A stretch of 64,000 nt of DNA, taken from contig CAJRAX010000009.1 of NCBI GenBank assembly GCA_907165135.1, positions 1 through 64,000 on the forward strand, given 5' to 3'. The DNA is from Oikopleura dioica. Its lineage: Eukaryota; Animalia; Chordata. Each line of letters opens with the position of its first letter. Within the stretch, counting starts at the first letter, position 1. The notes beneath the pieces are model-generated. The model saw nothing but the letters and a program-made list of their open reading frames with translations. It had not been told where the DNA came from and did no database searches. The position numbers were made by a program, and so were the translations under genes. This document shows, piece by piece, positions 1 to 11,707 of this stretch.

Positions 1-238
1 CATCGTGATACCTACTGTGAAAAAAAAATATTATTACTGAAGCGCTAAATCACGGCCAAAGATAAAAGCATGATCTCACAAATTAACAATAAATAACTGG
101 TCAGGTTTGATCGGACCTCGTCAAAAATCAAAAAATTTAGCCAAACCGGAAAAAATGAAAAAAATAGGTTTGCTGATTAGACTGAGGGTAATTTCTAGCA
201 TGAGAACGCTAGGAAATTCTGATTACTATATTTTCCGC

Positions 239-281
239 ACGTACGCGTGTATTCACATGTTCTGAGGCACATTAGCCACCC
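239..281 (+). promoter_or_regulatory. Conserved LTR boxes ACGTACGCGT and GGCACATTAGCCACCC (candidate U3 promoter elements)
   Basis: Same two boxes 16-17 nt apart in the otherwise divergent family-2 LTR (10858-10899); related boxes in most other LTRs. Promoter role is inferred from position only. Confidence 0.45.
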
Positions 282-469
282 TTTTGATATCTTTGATTCA
301 AAAGGTTTTTCTTAATAACTTCTTTTAGGTTCAAAGTTAAAACGCATGAATTTATCTCACAATAATTTCTTTAATTTATATTTCTGCTTTTTCAAAAATT
401 CAATCTTTTCAAAATATTTTACATTTACTGGACGATGATTCTTCTCAACGCCGTTGGAATAAATAATTC

Positions 470-563
470 TTACTGGCTGAGCTTCCCGAAAGGGCTAAAC
501 GCTAAGTTACCGCGGGCAGAATATCCCAAACCGGTAAAAAGCGTTATAAGCGCTCCCAGGTAA
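470..563 (+). ncRNA. Putative structured cis-RNA (three-way junction) in family-1 LTR; second copy at 8154-8247
   Basis: CTGG-ct-GAGC/GCTC-CCAG, CCC-GAAA-GGG, AACGCT/AGCGTT, junction ATAAGC; pairing preserved by compensatory changes in the other families. Function unknown. Confidence 0.65.
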
Positions 564-1221
564 TCGAACTCGCCGAGGACTCGGTTACTGCATTTTCTAG
601 AAAACTGACCACTTTCAACGCCGCAGTTACACGCCGACCCGACTAGGACGACAACGACAACTTCGACTACTACCACAACGACAACGAAACCCCTGCCTGG
701 ACTGACAACGGACTACTGACAACAACAACGACTACTGCCCTGGAACTTTGTCGGAATCTGTAGTTAAACAGTGGGTCACATAGTGAGAAAGCTGTTTGAT
801 TACAAATTTCGTCAAAAAGCGCCACTTATGGCGAATTTATTAAAAATAAGAATTCTCAAAAGAAATCGTAACATGTTATATAATTATCTAAGAATTGACG
901 TTACGTAAAAAGATGATGAAAGTTTGCAAATAACGCGTTACGTAAGAAGCCACAATGGCCGAAATGGCCCGATTTACGAAAACAATAGAAAAATCCGGAA
1001 CCAACCGGTTTCTGAAAAGAAACTTTTCAAAATTTCAAATTTCAAAAATCATTCTCGATTATCAATAAAACCACCAACAGCTATTTTTATTTTCGTTTCT
1101 TTTGCAAGGATTCTAGTTTATTGAATTTGGTATCAGTGATGACCACAGAGGACGAATCCCAAGAAGCGAAGCCGATCATAATGGCAAAAGTAAGTCAGCT
1201 CCATTTCCCGAGGAAATTTTA

Positions 1222-2397
1222 ATGGCCAGCCTTTCCCCTTTATCTGGGTCGCAATTAATTTCACCGACTATTCAATTATATCAGTTTCAATTGTATATAA
1301 GCATTCTCGAAGATAGGTTGTGTCAGTTTAGTGCTCTTTTTGAACGAAGTCTGAAGGACTTTTCTCGAACGGAGGACTCGGATTTAAAAGCTCAGTTTCA
1401 GCGAAAACTTATTAATTGCATTCGTAGCTCTTGCTCTGAAGATTTTCTCGCGCAATACGGTCGGGATTTGGCTAATGAGACGTGCTATAAAAAGGCACTT
1501 GAATTTTTAAAAGAAATTTTTGGCGAGGAAACTGAAACAGACAAGAAAATGCGGGCAACGAACGAGTTCGAAAATTTGGTCCGAAGGACTGATTTAAATG
1601 AAAAATTTGTTTCCTTTTTGAGACGAATCAAATCACTTGCCCAATTGATCGATCATCGAAAGGACGCGGTTGATTTTCTTGTGGAAAATAAATTTAAGAA
1701 ATTTCTAGAGCCCGCCAATTTGAGCTTTTTGCGGGACCATAAGATGCAAAATTCGAGTGCGGATGAAATAGCGAAATTTTTAGATGAAAGGGAGAGACAC
1801 TGTCTTGCCCAAGTTTCTGCGGTCAATACTGATCGTATGAATTCATTTATTGATCAAACCTCCGAAATGTTGTCGAGGCAACTTGAGGCATTTAACGAGA
1901 GTAATAAAAAGAGTCAGGAGGCTCACGAGAAAAAGAATGAGGAATTGTCGAAAGCTCTGAAAGATTTGACAGCGACTGTTAATGAGCTGAAATTAGAAAA
2001 GCAGCAGAAGCCTGAAAGTAACTCTTTTACGAACAAAAACTTTTCGCGAGAGCAAAATTTTCGACAAAATGATTTTTCACCATCACAAAATCCTCAAAAT
2101 TTTCGTCCGCCGAATTTTTTTACTCCGCCTGGATTTCCTCAGCATTTTCAGAATTTAGGATCACCTAGAAATTTTCAAATCCCACAGAATCGCCCCGTTT
2201 TGTTTTGCTCAGAGTGCGGTAAATTTGGACACATGAAGCGAAATTGCCGATTTATTGAATGTCACGGTTGTGGTCAAAAAGGACACATTCAGCGTTTCTG
2301 TCCAAGATATCATAATCAACCTGGCCAAAATAATAATCGTGAGAATAGAAATTTTCCTCCCTTTTCGCGTGGTTCGGGAAACGGGTATTCGGGTTGA
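1222..2397 (+). CDS. gag: Gag polyprotein of element 1
   Basis: Two CX2CX4HX4C knuckles (CSECGKFGHMKRNC, CHGCGQKGHIQRFC). The homologous copy at 57426 indicates the true start is ATG 1139, out of frame here because of a 1-nt difference near 1186. Confidence 0.9.
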   Translation: MASLSPLSGSQLISPTIQLYQFQLYISILEDRLCQFSALFERSLKDFSRTEDSDLKAQFQRKLINCIRSSCSEDFLAQYGRDLANETCYKKALEFLKEIFGEETETDKKMRATNEFENLVRRTDLNEKFVSFLRRIKSLAQLIDHRKDAVDFLVENKFKKFLEPANLSFLRDHKMQNSSADEIAKFLDERERHCLAQVSAVNTDRMNSFIDQTSEMLSRQLEAFNESNKKSQEAHEKKNEELSKALKDLTATVNELKLEKQQKPESNSFTNKNFSREQNFRQNDFSPSQNPQNFRPPNFFTPPGFPQHFQNLGSPRNFQIPQNRPVLFCSECGKFGHMKRNCRFIECHGCGQKGHIQRFCPRYHNQPGQNNNRENRNFPPFSRGSGNGYSG

Positions 2398-2421
2398 GCC
2401 CTGGTCAGGCTTTCAATCCGG
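2376..2421 (+). promoter_or_regulatory. -1 ribosomal frameshift signal (G_GGA_AAC plus downstream stem-loop)
   Basis: Heptamer 2376-2382 is in the gag frame; pol is in the -1 frame; CGGGTTGA/TCAATCCG stem starts ~7 nt downstream. Confidence 0.85.
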
Positions 2422-2689
2422 AAACCTTCGTTAGCTCTGTAAAAAGTTTAGGTCGTCAACATTTTATCGATGCTCACATTTTTAATAAAACCATAAAATT
2501 GATGATTGATACAGGCTCACAGATAAATCTTATTGGACGTGAGTTTGTTCCTGAGTCTGAAAAAATATATAAAAATGATTTAAAAATATTCGCGTATAAT
2601 AATACTGTTGTTCCTGTTATTGGATATATTGAAACGGATTTGATAATTAGTGGACAAAATTGGGGTCGCGCGCGATTCTATGTTGTTAA

Positions 2690-3215
2690 CCTTAGCCCGC
2701 CAAGGTACACCACAACTCGGGAATCGGACAAGTATTTGTTCACTGCGCTGGACGTTTAAATTTTTTTTGAAAACTAAGGATACGCTGAGACGGCTTGATC
2801 GATTATCTATCGTTTTAGGGATTTTAGACCTGTTTCTGATTGACCTTAGCGCCGGTAGACCCTTATTTTTGCGAAAAGTCCATGCACCATATATGGTGTC
2901 GAGCTTCAATTGTTGATGCACCATATATGGTGTTTTTGGCGGGTACCCCAGCTTTTTCCCAGCGATTTTGCCGAAAATTCACTCTGGTCAGCTTCTCTGA
3001 TCCTCAATTTATGAACTTCTCTGAGAGAATTTTCGAATAGATGAACCCTAGTATCATCATTGGAACACTATTATTGAACAAAATAACTATTTTCTAGCAA
3101 AGATTTTTAAAAATATCATGATAAACGTGATATGGTGTCGAGCTACAATGGAAGATGCACCATATATGGTGTTTTTGGCGGGTACCCCAGAAAATCCACT
3201 TTTGGCGGGCTAAGG
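2690..3215. mobile_element. piggyBac-type non-autonomous element (MITE), 526 bp
   Basis: Perfect 14-bp TIR CCTTAGCCCGCCAA/TTGGCGGGCTAAGG; TTAA duplicated at 2686-2689 and 3216-3219; internal direct repeats containing the palindrome CACCATATATGGTG; no transposase. Confidence 0.92.
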
Positions 3216-6200
3216 TTAATGATAGATTAAATTGTATTCTTGGGACTTCCTCTATTGAAGAGCTTGAACTGGTTATTAATCTTCACCGTAAAAAATTGAT
3301 AAAGGGCGGTCCAATCGAACGACTCGCAAATATATCAGAAATAAAAGTTGAATCAGAATCTTCCGAAAATGAACAGTTTGAAGGAATTCTTATGGATACC
3401 ATAACATTTAAACCGAAAACGGAACAATTAGTTGATTTACATGTGAGAAACTTAAAAAAACTTTCGCCGTTATTTTTTGAAAACTCGTCCCTCAAAAATT
3501 GCAAATTAGAGTTTCTTCCGTCTCTCCAAGAAGTTTCCCCTGACTCGCCTATTTTTCGCGTTCTTATTCTTAACATGACAGATTCCTCAATAAAAATTGA
3601 AAAAGGAACAAAGCTTGTAGAGCTTTTTGAAGTTTGTAGAGTTGGTCAGATAAAAGAAAAGGCAGTCAAAGAGATTCTGAAAAAGATAAAAGTCGGCCCG
3701 ATGTCGAGTGAAATGGAACCAAAATTTTATGAATTAATGGAAGAATTTTCATATTTGTTATTGGAAGAGGGGGATTATATACCTGCTTGCTCAATTGCAG
3801 AATTTAGCATAGATACGATTGATTCGACTCCCACCGTTTCTCAGCCCTATAGAACAGCTTTCGCTTTACGCCAGACAATGAGAGATATTCTTGATAATTA
3901 CCTCGAAAATCGAGTTATTGAGCCTTGTATATCGGTATGGAATTCTCCGTGCTTATTGGTTAGAAAAAAAGGAGGAACTTGGCGCCTAGTTATTGATTAC
4001 AGAAAATTGAATCTTAATACTCACCAGTTTCATTACCCCTTGCCGTCACTTGAAGATTCGATTTCACACATGCAAAAAAGTAAAATTTTTAGTTGCTGTG
4101 ATCTCTACAAGGGGTTTCATCAAGTGAGCATTAACCCGGAATCGGCAGACAAAACAGCATTTTCGTGTGAGCATGGGCAATTTAGATTTTTAAGGATGCC
4201 GATGGGTTTAAAAAATTCCCCATGTTTTTTTATGCTTATCATGGACAAAGCCTTAGAAAAAATCCCCAAATCAGCTGTTCTGGCTTACATGGATGATGTT
4301 TGCGTGCATAGCGTTTCAGAGGCCGATCATTTGATTAATTTGCGAAAATTTTTTATGGCGTTAGCGGCAAATAATTTAAGATTGAATGCAAAAAAGTGCA
4401 GTTTTTTCGAGAGATCAATCGATTTTTGTGGATATAATATTTGTCAAGGGAAAATTTAGCCATCAAAAGCTAGAATTGAATCAATAAAAAATTTAAGGGA
4501 GCCTCAAAACAAAACTGAGGCAATGTCAATCTTCGGAATGTTAAATTATCACAGAAGATTCATTAAAGATTTTGCGGAAAAAGCTAAAGCAATAACAAAT
4601 TCTTACAAAGGTCAATTTTCATGGGATTATCAAGCTAGAAAAGCATTTGAAAATTTAAAAGAAGAAATAACAGAAAATGCCCTCGAATTATCAATTGCAC
4701 CTATTCAAGGTGGAAGATTAGTATTAGAAACAGATGCGAGCTCTAGCGGTTATGGGGGGGTCTTATATCTTTGCGAGGAGAAAAATGTTACTGACAGTCA
4801 TTTACATGGGGAACGGTGCCTTCGGCCTGTCGCGTATAATTCAGGAAATTTTACAGATGCTCAACTAAAATACATAATTCTAGAAAAAGAAATGCTTAGC
4901 GCTAAATTGTCGATGGAAAAATGGTCTGTTTATTTAAAATTTCAAAAATTCGATTTGATAACTGACAATTCAAATCTTAAGTATATTCAGTCTTTTCGAA
5001 CTAATAACAATAGATTACAGCGCTGGATATCAGATATTATGGCTTTTGATTTTAGGATTATACTCAAATCGTCGTCACAAATGAAAGTTTCTGATTGTTT
5101 GTCACGATTAACGAAAGTGTCTCAGATAAAAAGTGCGGAATCAAATTTTGCGGATATCCAAAAGCTTGACCCTGATCTTAAACTCATCATGAATTACACA
5201 AAACTTAATAGATGGCCGAATATTCCACCGCCAAAATTAATGCCGTTTTTGGTTCATCGAAATGATTTCTTTTTTCTTGATTCAGGAGAATTAGCAATTC
5301 GCTCAGCTGACAAATCATTTAGAATATGTGTTCCAGAAATTAAAGTAAATGAAATAATTGCAAGGTATCATAATGATTGTCATGACGGTATTGATATCAC
5401 GTATTCTAAAATCATTCGAAAGTATTACTGGAAAAATATGAAAACATCAATAACAGATTATATAAAAACATGCTTTTATTGCCAGTCTAGGAAACCTAAT
5501 AATCACCCTAACCGAGCTCCAATAAAAACTTTTGCTACTCCTACTGGACCGTATCAAGCAATGGGATTCGATCTCATTGGACCTCTCAGGCCTACAGATT
5601 TAGAGATGATTTACATTTTTACCGCGGTTGATTTTTTTTCGAAGAAAGTTTATGCCGAGCCTCTTAATTCTAAAAAATCTGAATATTTACTAGGTAAATT
5701 TAAAAATATGATTTTTCGTAATCCAATTTTTCCACAATTTTGCTTGTTTGATAATGCCCCCGAATTTACGAAAATAAAATCATTCTGTGAATCTCATAAT
5801 ATTAAATTTAATCAATCTCCTCCTCGGCATCCATCAACAAATGGAGCAGTCGAAAACATTAATAGAACTCTGAAAGCTAGGCTTCGTGGAAAATGTGACA
5901 TGATCAATTGGGATAACTGTTTAAATGAGGTTCTCCACTCAATCAATAGCTCGGTTCATTCTGTCACCAAACTGTCCCCTTTTACTATTGAAACAGGCAT
6001 TAAAAATCCTCAATTTATTGATGATTTGAATTGGAGACAGATAGAAGATAAAATTGATGTTAAATTTAGCGATATAAAAGAAAGGATCGATCTTGAAAAA
6101 AAAGTAAGATGCGAAAAAACTGAGAATCCAAATTTTAGGGAATTTCACATTAATGACAAGGTGCTGATAAAAAATTTTCGCTCAAAATTTCCTCCCTTTA

Positions 6201-7682
6201 TTGGCCCAATGACCATTATTGAAAAGCATTTGACAGTATACACGTGTAAAGACAATGAATCGGACCGAACTTATAAACGCCACGCTAATGATCTACGGAT
6301 CTTTAATGAACGAAAAGAAACTATTGAAAATGAAGATCTTAATTCATTCGATGAGCCCGAAAAGACTTTAATCAGGGAGACAGACTCGGGGTTTTCTGAA
6401 GTTTTATTTTCATGTGACTCAATTTTCGGAAGTTCTTCGCAATTTGAAATTTATGAGCAGATAAATCATAATTTCCAGATAGACTCAATTTTAAATGTTC
6501 AATCAGAGGCAAATAGTGACATAGATTTATCCTTACAAGAAAATTTTCCCGAAGAAGTAATGTCTCAGACCGAGAATTCATCCATACAAAGTGATAATAT
6601 TATGCCTGATAAAAATAACGCCGAGAATATTTCTGAACAAGACTCTTCGGAGGAAGTTCACAGTTTAGCGGCAGATTTTGATGAAGACGAAAATATTAAT
6701 GCGTCTGACGTTATACAGGGAAATAATATCAACAAATCTGACTCTGAGTCGAGCTCGTCGGAGGAACTTCTGATTTTAGCTGGAAACACAGAGCAAAAAA
6801 ATGACACAAAATCTTTGGATAATGCATCGTTAAATGTCCATCTGACTGATTATTCCGATCTTCAAATAACTGAAAATTACCCACCTATTCCCCAACAATC
6901 CAATAAGCGTAGATATAATTTTTCTAGCGATTCTGATTCAGATATGCGGGAAGACAAAATATTAGTTAAAGACCCCTTAGTATTAGCCAAAAATTTTGCC
7001 TCGGGAAATCAACTGGAGAAAGAAATTTCTGTCAAGAATAAATCGGCTTCGCCTTCTATTCCTGATGTCAGTTTTGCTGAGTTTTTTCCAAAATTAGATA
7101 ACAGCATCAATGATCACCAAATGATTGATTTTGAAGATTTAAAATTCACAGTGATTCTTGAAAACAAAAACGAAAACCTTTTTACTAAAATTGACAATTC
7201 AGCCTTAATTTATGAAAAAAACACTATTATCGAGACAGCTTGCGTTTTAAAGCAATCAGAGCTACCTAAAGACGCAATTTTATTAATTTGTAGGGAATTA
7301 AAAATACATCACACGCCAGCTGAAAAGATGGCAGAATTGAATATAAAAATAAAGAATTGGTTAATCGAGAATCAGCCGAAATGGCACAAAGGAAGCTCGG
7401 GAGAGTACTTGTTTCTTTGCAATCTTTTATTGAGAAGAAATTTTACTCTCTCGGAATTTCGAGCCCCTGAGCTTAAATGTCTGGCATCTTTTTATTCATT
7501 GCAAAAAATAAGTTTTACTTCCAGATCTGTTTTCTCTGAGTACATAATTAGTGAATTTTCTGAACGTTTTCCTAATCACCCTCTCAAAAATCGCGAACTT
7601 CTCTTTGGCCCAGACATTTGAGTTTAGAAATTATTTTCAGTAACATAAAGGAATATTCAAATGACCCCTGGTGCGGGCATAG

Positions 7683-8819
7683 TGATACCTACTGTGAAAA
7701 AAAAAAATATTATTACTGAAGCGCTAAATCACGGCCAAAGATAAAAGCATGATCTCACAAATTAACAATAAATAACTGGTCAGGTTTGATCGGACCTCGT
7801 CAAAAATCAAAAAAAATTTAGCCAAACCGGAAAAAATGAAAAAAAAAATAGGTTTGCTGATTAGACTGAGGGTAATTTCTAGCATGAGAACGCTAGGAAA
7901 TTCTGATTACTATATTTTCCGCACGTACGCGTGTATTCACATGTTCTGAGGCACATTAGCCACCCTTTTGATATCTTTGATTCAAAAGGTTTTTCTTAAT
8001 AACTTCTTTTAGGTTCAAAGTTAAAACGCATGAATTTATCTCACAATAATTTCTTTAATTTATATTTCTGCTTTTTCAAAAATTCAATCTTTTCAAAATA
8101 TTTTACATTTACTGGACGATGATTCTTCTCAACGCCGTTGGAATAAATAATTCTTACTGGCTGAGCTTCCCGAAAGGGCTAAACGCTAAGTTACCGCGGG
8201 CAGAATATCCAAAACCGGTAAAAAGCGTTATAAGCGCTCCCAGGTAATCGAACTCGCCGAGGACTCGGTTACTGCATTTTCTAGAAAACTGACCACTTTC
8301 AACGCCGCAGTTACACGCCGACCCGACTAGGACGACAACGACAACTTCGACTACTACCACAACGACAACGAAACCCCTGCCTGGACTGACAACGGACTAC
8401 TGACAACAACAACGACTACTGCCCTGGAACTTTGTCGGAATCTGTAGTTAAACAGTGGGTCACATAGTGAGAAAGCTGTTTGATTACAAATTTCGTCAAA
8501 AAGCGCCACTTATGGCGAATTTATTAAAAATAAGAATTCTCAAAAGAAATCGTAACATGTTATATAATTATCTAAGAATTGACGTTACGTAAAAAGATGA
8601 TGAAAGTTTGCAAATAACGCGTTACGTAAGAAGCCACAATGGCCGAAATGGCCCGATTTACGAAAACAATAGAAAAATCCGGAACCAACCGGTTTCTGAA
8701 AAGAAACTTTTCAAAATTTCAAATTTCAAAAATCATTCTCGATTATCAATAAAACCACCAACAGCTATTTTTATTTTCGTTTCTTTTGCAAGGATTCTAG
8801 TTTATTGAATTTGGTATCA
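7683..8819 (+). repeat. 3' LTR of element 1
   Basis: Direct repeat of 6-1135, followed by TSD CATCG. Confidence 0.96.
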
Positions 8820-10679
8820 CATCGTTATCATGAATCGCCCAAAAACGAGGTCAAAATTTTGAAATTTCGTTTTTTTGCCCTTATTTTATTTGCAGCGTTT
8901 CTGACGTCTTCCGAGCGTCATTTTGGTTGATTCTGAGCCTCTCAAACCCAACAGAAAAAAAATTCAAAAAAAAAATTTTTTTTTCGATGGTCATCGTTAT
9001 CATAAATCGCCCAAAAACGAGGTCAAAATTTTGAAATTTCGTTATTTGGTCTAATTTTATTTGCAGCGTTTTTGCCGTATTCCGAGCGTCATTTTGGTTG
9101 ATTCTAAGCCTCTCAAACCCAACAGAAAAAAAATTCAAAAAAAATTTTTTTTTCGATGGTCATCGTTATCATGAATTGCCCAAAAATGAGGTCAAAATTT
9201 TGAAAATTCGTTTTTTTGCTCTAATTTTATTTGCAGCGTTTCTGTCGTCTTCCGAGCGTCATTTTGGTCGATTCTGAGCCTCTCAAACCCAACAGAAAAA
9301 AAATTCAAAAAAAAAATTTTTTTTTCGATGGTCATCGTTATCATAAATCGCCCAAAAACGAGGTCAAAATTTTGAAATTTCGTTATTTGGTCTAATTTTA
9401 TTTGCAGCGTTTCTGCCGTATTCCGAGCGTCATTTTGGTTGATTCTGAGCCTCTCAAACCCAACAGAAAAAAAATTCAAAAAAAATTTTTTTTTCGATGG
9501 TCATCGTTATCATGAATTGCCCAAAAATGAGGTCAAAATTTTGAAAATTCGTTTTTTGCTCTAATTTTATTTGCAGCGTTTCTGTCGTCTTCCGAGCGTC
9601 ATTTTGGTCGATTCTGAGCCTCTCAAACCCAACAGAAAAAAAAATTCAAAAAAAAAATTTTTTTTTCGATGGTCATCGTTATCATAAATCGCCCAAAAAC
9701 GAGGTCAAAATTTTGAAATTTCGTTATTTGGTCTAATTTTATTTGCAGCGTTTTTGCCGTATTCCGAGCGTCATTTTGGTTGATTCTAAGCCTCTCAAAC
9801 CCAACAGAAAAAAAATTCAAAAAAAATTTTTTTTTCGATGGTCATCGTTATCATGAATTGCCCAAAAATGAGGTCAAAATTTTGAAAATTCGTTTTTTGC
9901 TCTAATTTTATTTGCAGCGTTTCTGTCGTCTTACGAGCGTCATTTTGGTCGATTCTGAGCCTCTCAAACCCAACAGAAAAAAAATTCAAAAAAAAAATTT
10001 TTTTTTCGATGGTCATCGCTATCATGAATCGCCCAAAAACGAGGTCAAAATTTTGAAAGTTCGTTTTTTGCCCTTATTTTATTTGCAGCGTTTCTGTCGT
10101 CTTCCGAGCGTCATTTTGGTCGATTCTGAGCCTCTCAAACCCAACAGAAAAAAAAATTCAAAAAATTTTTTTCGATGGTCATCGTTATCATAAATCGCCC
10201 AAAAACGAGGTCAAAATTTTGAAATTTCGTTATTTGGTCTAATTTTATTTGCAGCGTTTTTGCCGTATTCCGAGCGTCATTTTGGTTGATTCTAAGCCTC
10301 TCAAACCCAACAGAAAAAAAATTCAAAAAAAATTTTTTTTTCGATGGTCATCGTTATCATGAATTGCCCAAAAATGAGGTCAAAATTTTGAAAATTCGTT
10401 TTTTGCTCTAATTTTATTTGCAGCGTTTCTGTCGTCTTCCGAGCGTCATTTTGGTCGATTCTGAGCCTCTCAAACCCAACAGAAAAAAAATTCAAAAAAT
10501 TTTTTTCGATGGTCATCGTTATCATGAATCGCCCAAAAACGAGGTCAAAATTTTGAAAGTTCGTTTTTTGCCCTTATTGTATTTGCAGCGTTTCTGCCGT
10601 CTTCCGAGCGTCATTTTGGTTGATTCTGAGCCTCTCAAACCCAACAGAAAAAATTCAAAAAATTTTTTTCGATGGTCAT
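8820..10679 (+). repeat. Satellite A array, ~11 monomers of ~165-172 bp
   Basis: Unit GATGGTCATCGTTATCATGAATCGCCCAAAAACGAGG...GAGCCTCTCAAACCCAACAGAAAAAAAATTCAAAAAAAATTTTTTTC recurs at 8820, 8992, 9161, 9333 etc. Confidence 0.98.
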
Positions 10680-11707
10680 TGATACGAATAAAGGAAAGAA
10701 CACAAGAAAAAATGAAAAATTGAATATCCCAGTCACATAAATATTTTCGCCAATTAGGTTGATTAGGCATGAATTTCACAGTTTTATGTTCCGACGATTT
10801 TCGGAGCCAAATCTCGGATGCTTGCATGAATTCATAAATCTCTATTTTTCCCTCATAACGTACGCGTTATTTCACAAATCAAAGGCACATTAGCCACCCG
10901 TTTCGGCGGTTCTTTATTTAACTCTTTCTAGTGCTCACTACTTCTTTTATTTAATTTTTGAACTGGTAATTATTATTGATGAATCAAGCTGACTCTTCTA
11001 TGTCTTCAAAACGATGATGGCAATTCTTCTTGACGATAAAAAATCGATCGGCATTTTCTACTACTACAACAGAGCTGTTGCATGGATTTCATCCTCTAGC
11101 TGAGTTCCGCTTTAAGCGGCTTGACAGTGTGACCCCGTGCTCCTCGGGATGGCGCTGTCTGTAAGTACTCCTAGGTAGGCAAAATTGATTGAACACTTTT
11201 CTGGCTCGCTTAAGGAAAGCTGACCACTCTCCTCAAAACCGACAGAATTGCAGCTTCAACAATGGCGGCGACTTCTCTGGCAACAACGACGACTACGCAA
11301 TGGACTGACAACGATTATTGGAACTGGCTTTGGAAAAGTATTAGTAAAAATTCATTAAATTCTATCAAAAAGGGATATGGCCACATAGTGGGAAGTTGAA
11401 CTTTTTGATAAAATTTATTTCTTGGGATTAATTTCGAAGCGAACGTGGCTGTTTCGGCGAATTTCGATTGACAGAAAAACAATTGCGCGAAAAGCGCTCA
11501 CCATATTTGGAAAGAAAAACATGGCGCGAAATGCGCCGCGCCTTATTTGGAAAGAAACGCACCTGCGCGAAATGCGAATTGAAAATTTGAAAATTTGAAA
11601 AATCACTCTCTCCATACTCAAAATAATACAGCCACGTTTTGAAATTTTGGCGTCATTCTTTGCAAGAATTCTAGCTAAGAGAGCATTTGAGCTGCAAATC
11701 GGTATCA
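10680..11707 (+). repeat. 5' LTR of element 2
   Basis: TGATACG...GGTATCA; by eye differs from the 3' LTR by two substitutions and a 2-nt poly-A length change. Confidence 0.97.
11090..11175 (+). ncRNA. Putative structured cis-RNA (three-way junction) in family-2 LTR; copies at 17816-17901, 30240-30325, 36733-36817, 38052-38137, 46578-46662
   Basis: CTAG-ct-GAGT/ACTC-CTAG, CCGC/GCGG, GACAG/CTGTC, junction GTAAGT; GC-rich island inside an AT-rich LTR. Confidence 0.65.

Larger units (their letters stand above)
6..1135 (+). repeat. 5' LTR of element 1
   Basis: Direct repeat of 7683-8819; by eye differs only in homopolymer lengths and one C/A substitution (ATCCCAAAC vs ATCCAAAAC). Confidence 0.96.
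2376..7621 (+). pseudogene. pol: pol of element 1 (protease, RT, RNase H, integrase, C-terminal extension), interrupted
   Basis: DTGS protease, YMDD RT, LETDAS/EKEM/ITDN RNase H, HX3H..CX2C and D-D-E integrase, GPM motif. Removing the MITE 2690-3215 restores FYVVNDRLNCILG; TAG at 4457-4459 is in frame with the 4523-7621 ORF. Confidence 0.93.
6..8819 (+). mobile_element. Ty3/Gypsy LTR retrotransposon, element 1 (family 1), full length but inactivated
   Basis: Two ~1.13 kb LTRs with TGATAC...GTATCA ends; 5-bp TSD CATCG at 1-5 and 8820-8824; gag then PR-RT-RH-IN order; pol broken by a MITE and one in-frame TAG. Confidence 0.97.

Noticed and set aside
470-1124. ORFs inside LTRs and antisense to pol (e.g. 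MVVVEVVVVV, 13394-13861)
   Set aside because: These are low-complexity or shadow frames, many relying on GTG/TTG starts, and are not conserved between families.
1128-1138. TGGTATCAGTG resembles the plant initiator-Met PBS TGGTATCAGAG
   Set aside because: TGGTATCA is present in both LTRs and abuts the TSD at 8820, so it is the LTR terminus, not a PBS.
1186-1200. Donor-like GTAAGT just inside gag (AAGGTAAAT/AAGGTACAT in family 2)
   Set aside because: It is not invariant (GTTAAT in intact element 2), there is no acceptor evidence, and a 1-nt indel explains the frame difference in element 1.
4457-4459. Programmed stop-codon readthrough within pol of element 1
   Set aside because: Element 2 has Ser at this position and no stop; a single TCG-to-TAG change or a base error explains it.
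6300-7621. env gene or chromodomain downstream of integrase
   Set aside because: There is no separate ORF, signal peptide, transmembrane segment or chromodomain aromatic pattern.
11121-11175. HDV-like ribozyme (GACAGTG/CGCTGTC 7-bp helix with TCCTCG)
   Set aside because: No P1.1 GG, P4 or J4/2 in the right order, and the other families do not keep these bases.
11096-11175. TPP riboswitch, hammerhead or twister identity for the LTR motif
   Set aside because: GCTGAG lies in a covarying stem and is not conserved; CUGANGA/GAAA and GGUnnCAAGCC cores are absent on the relevant strand.
11262-11399. LTR-encoded peptide with W-T-D-N...G-H-I-V (also in ORFs 23946-24194 and 20111-20332, and in element 9)
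   Set aside because: The frame is broken by stops or shifts in elements 1, 5 and 7 and in the split solo LTR; the GHIV/GNIV variation is better explained by the ATA dyad. A few synonymous changes in element 9 leave slight doubt.
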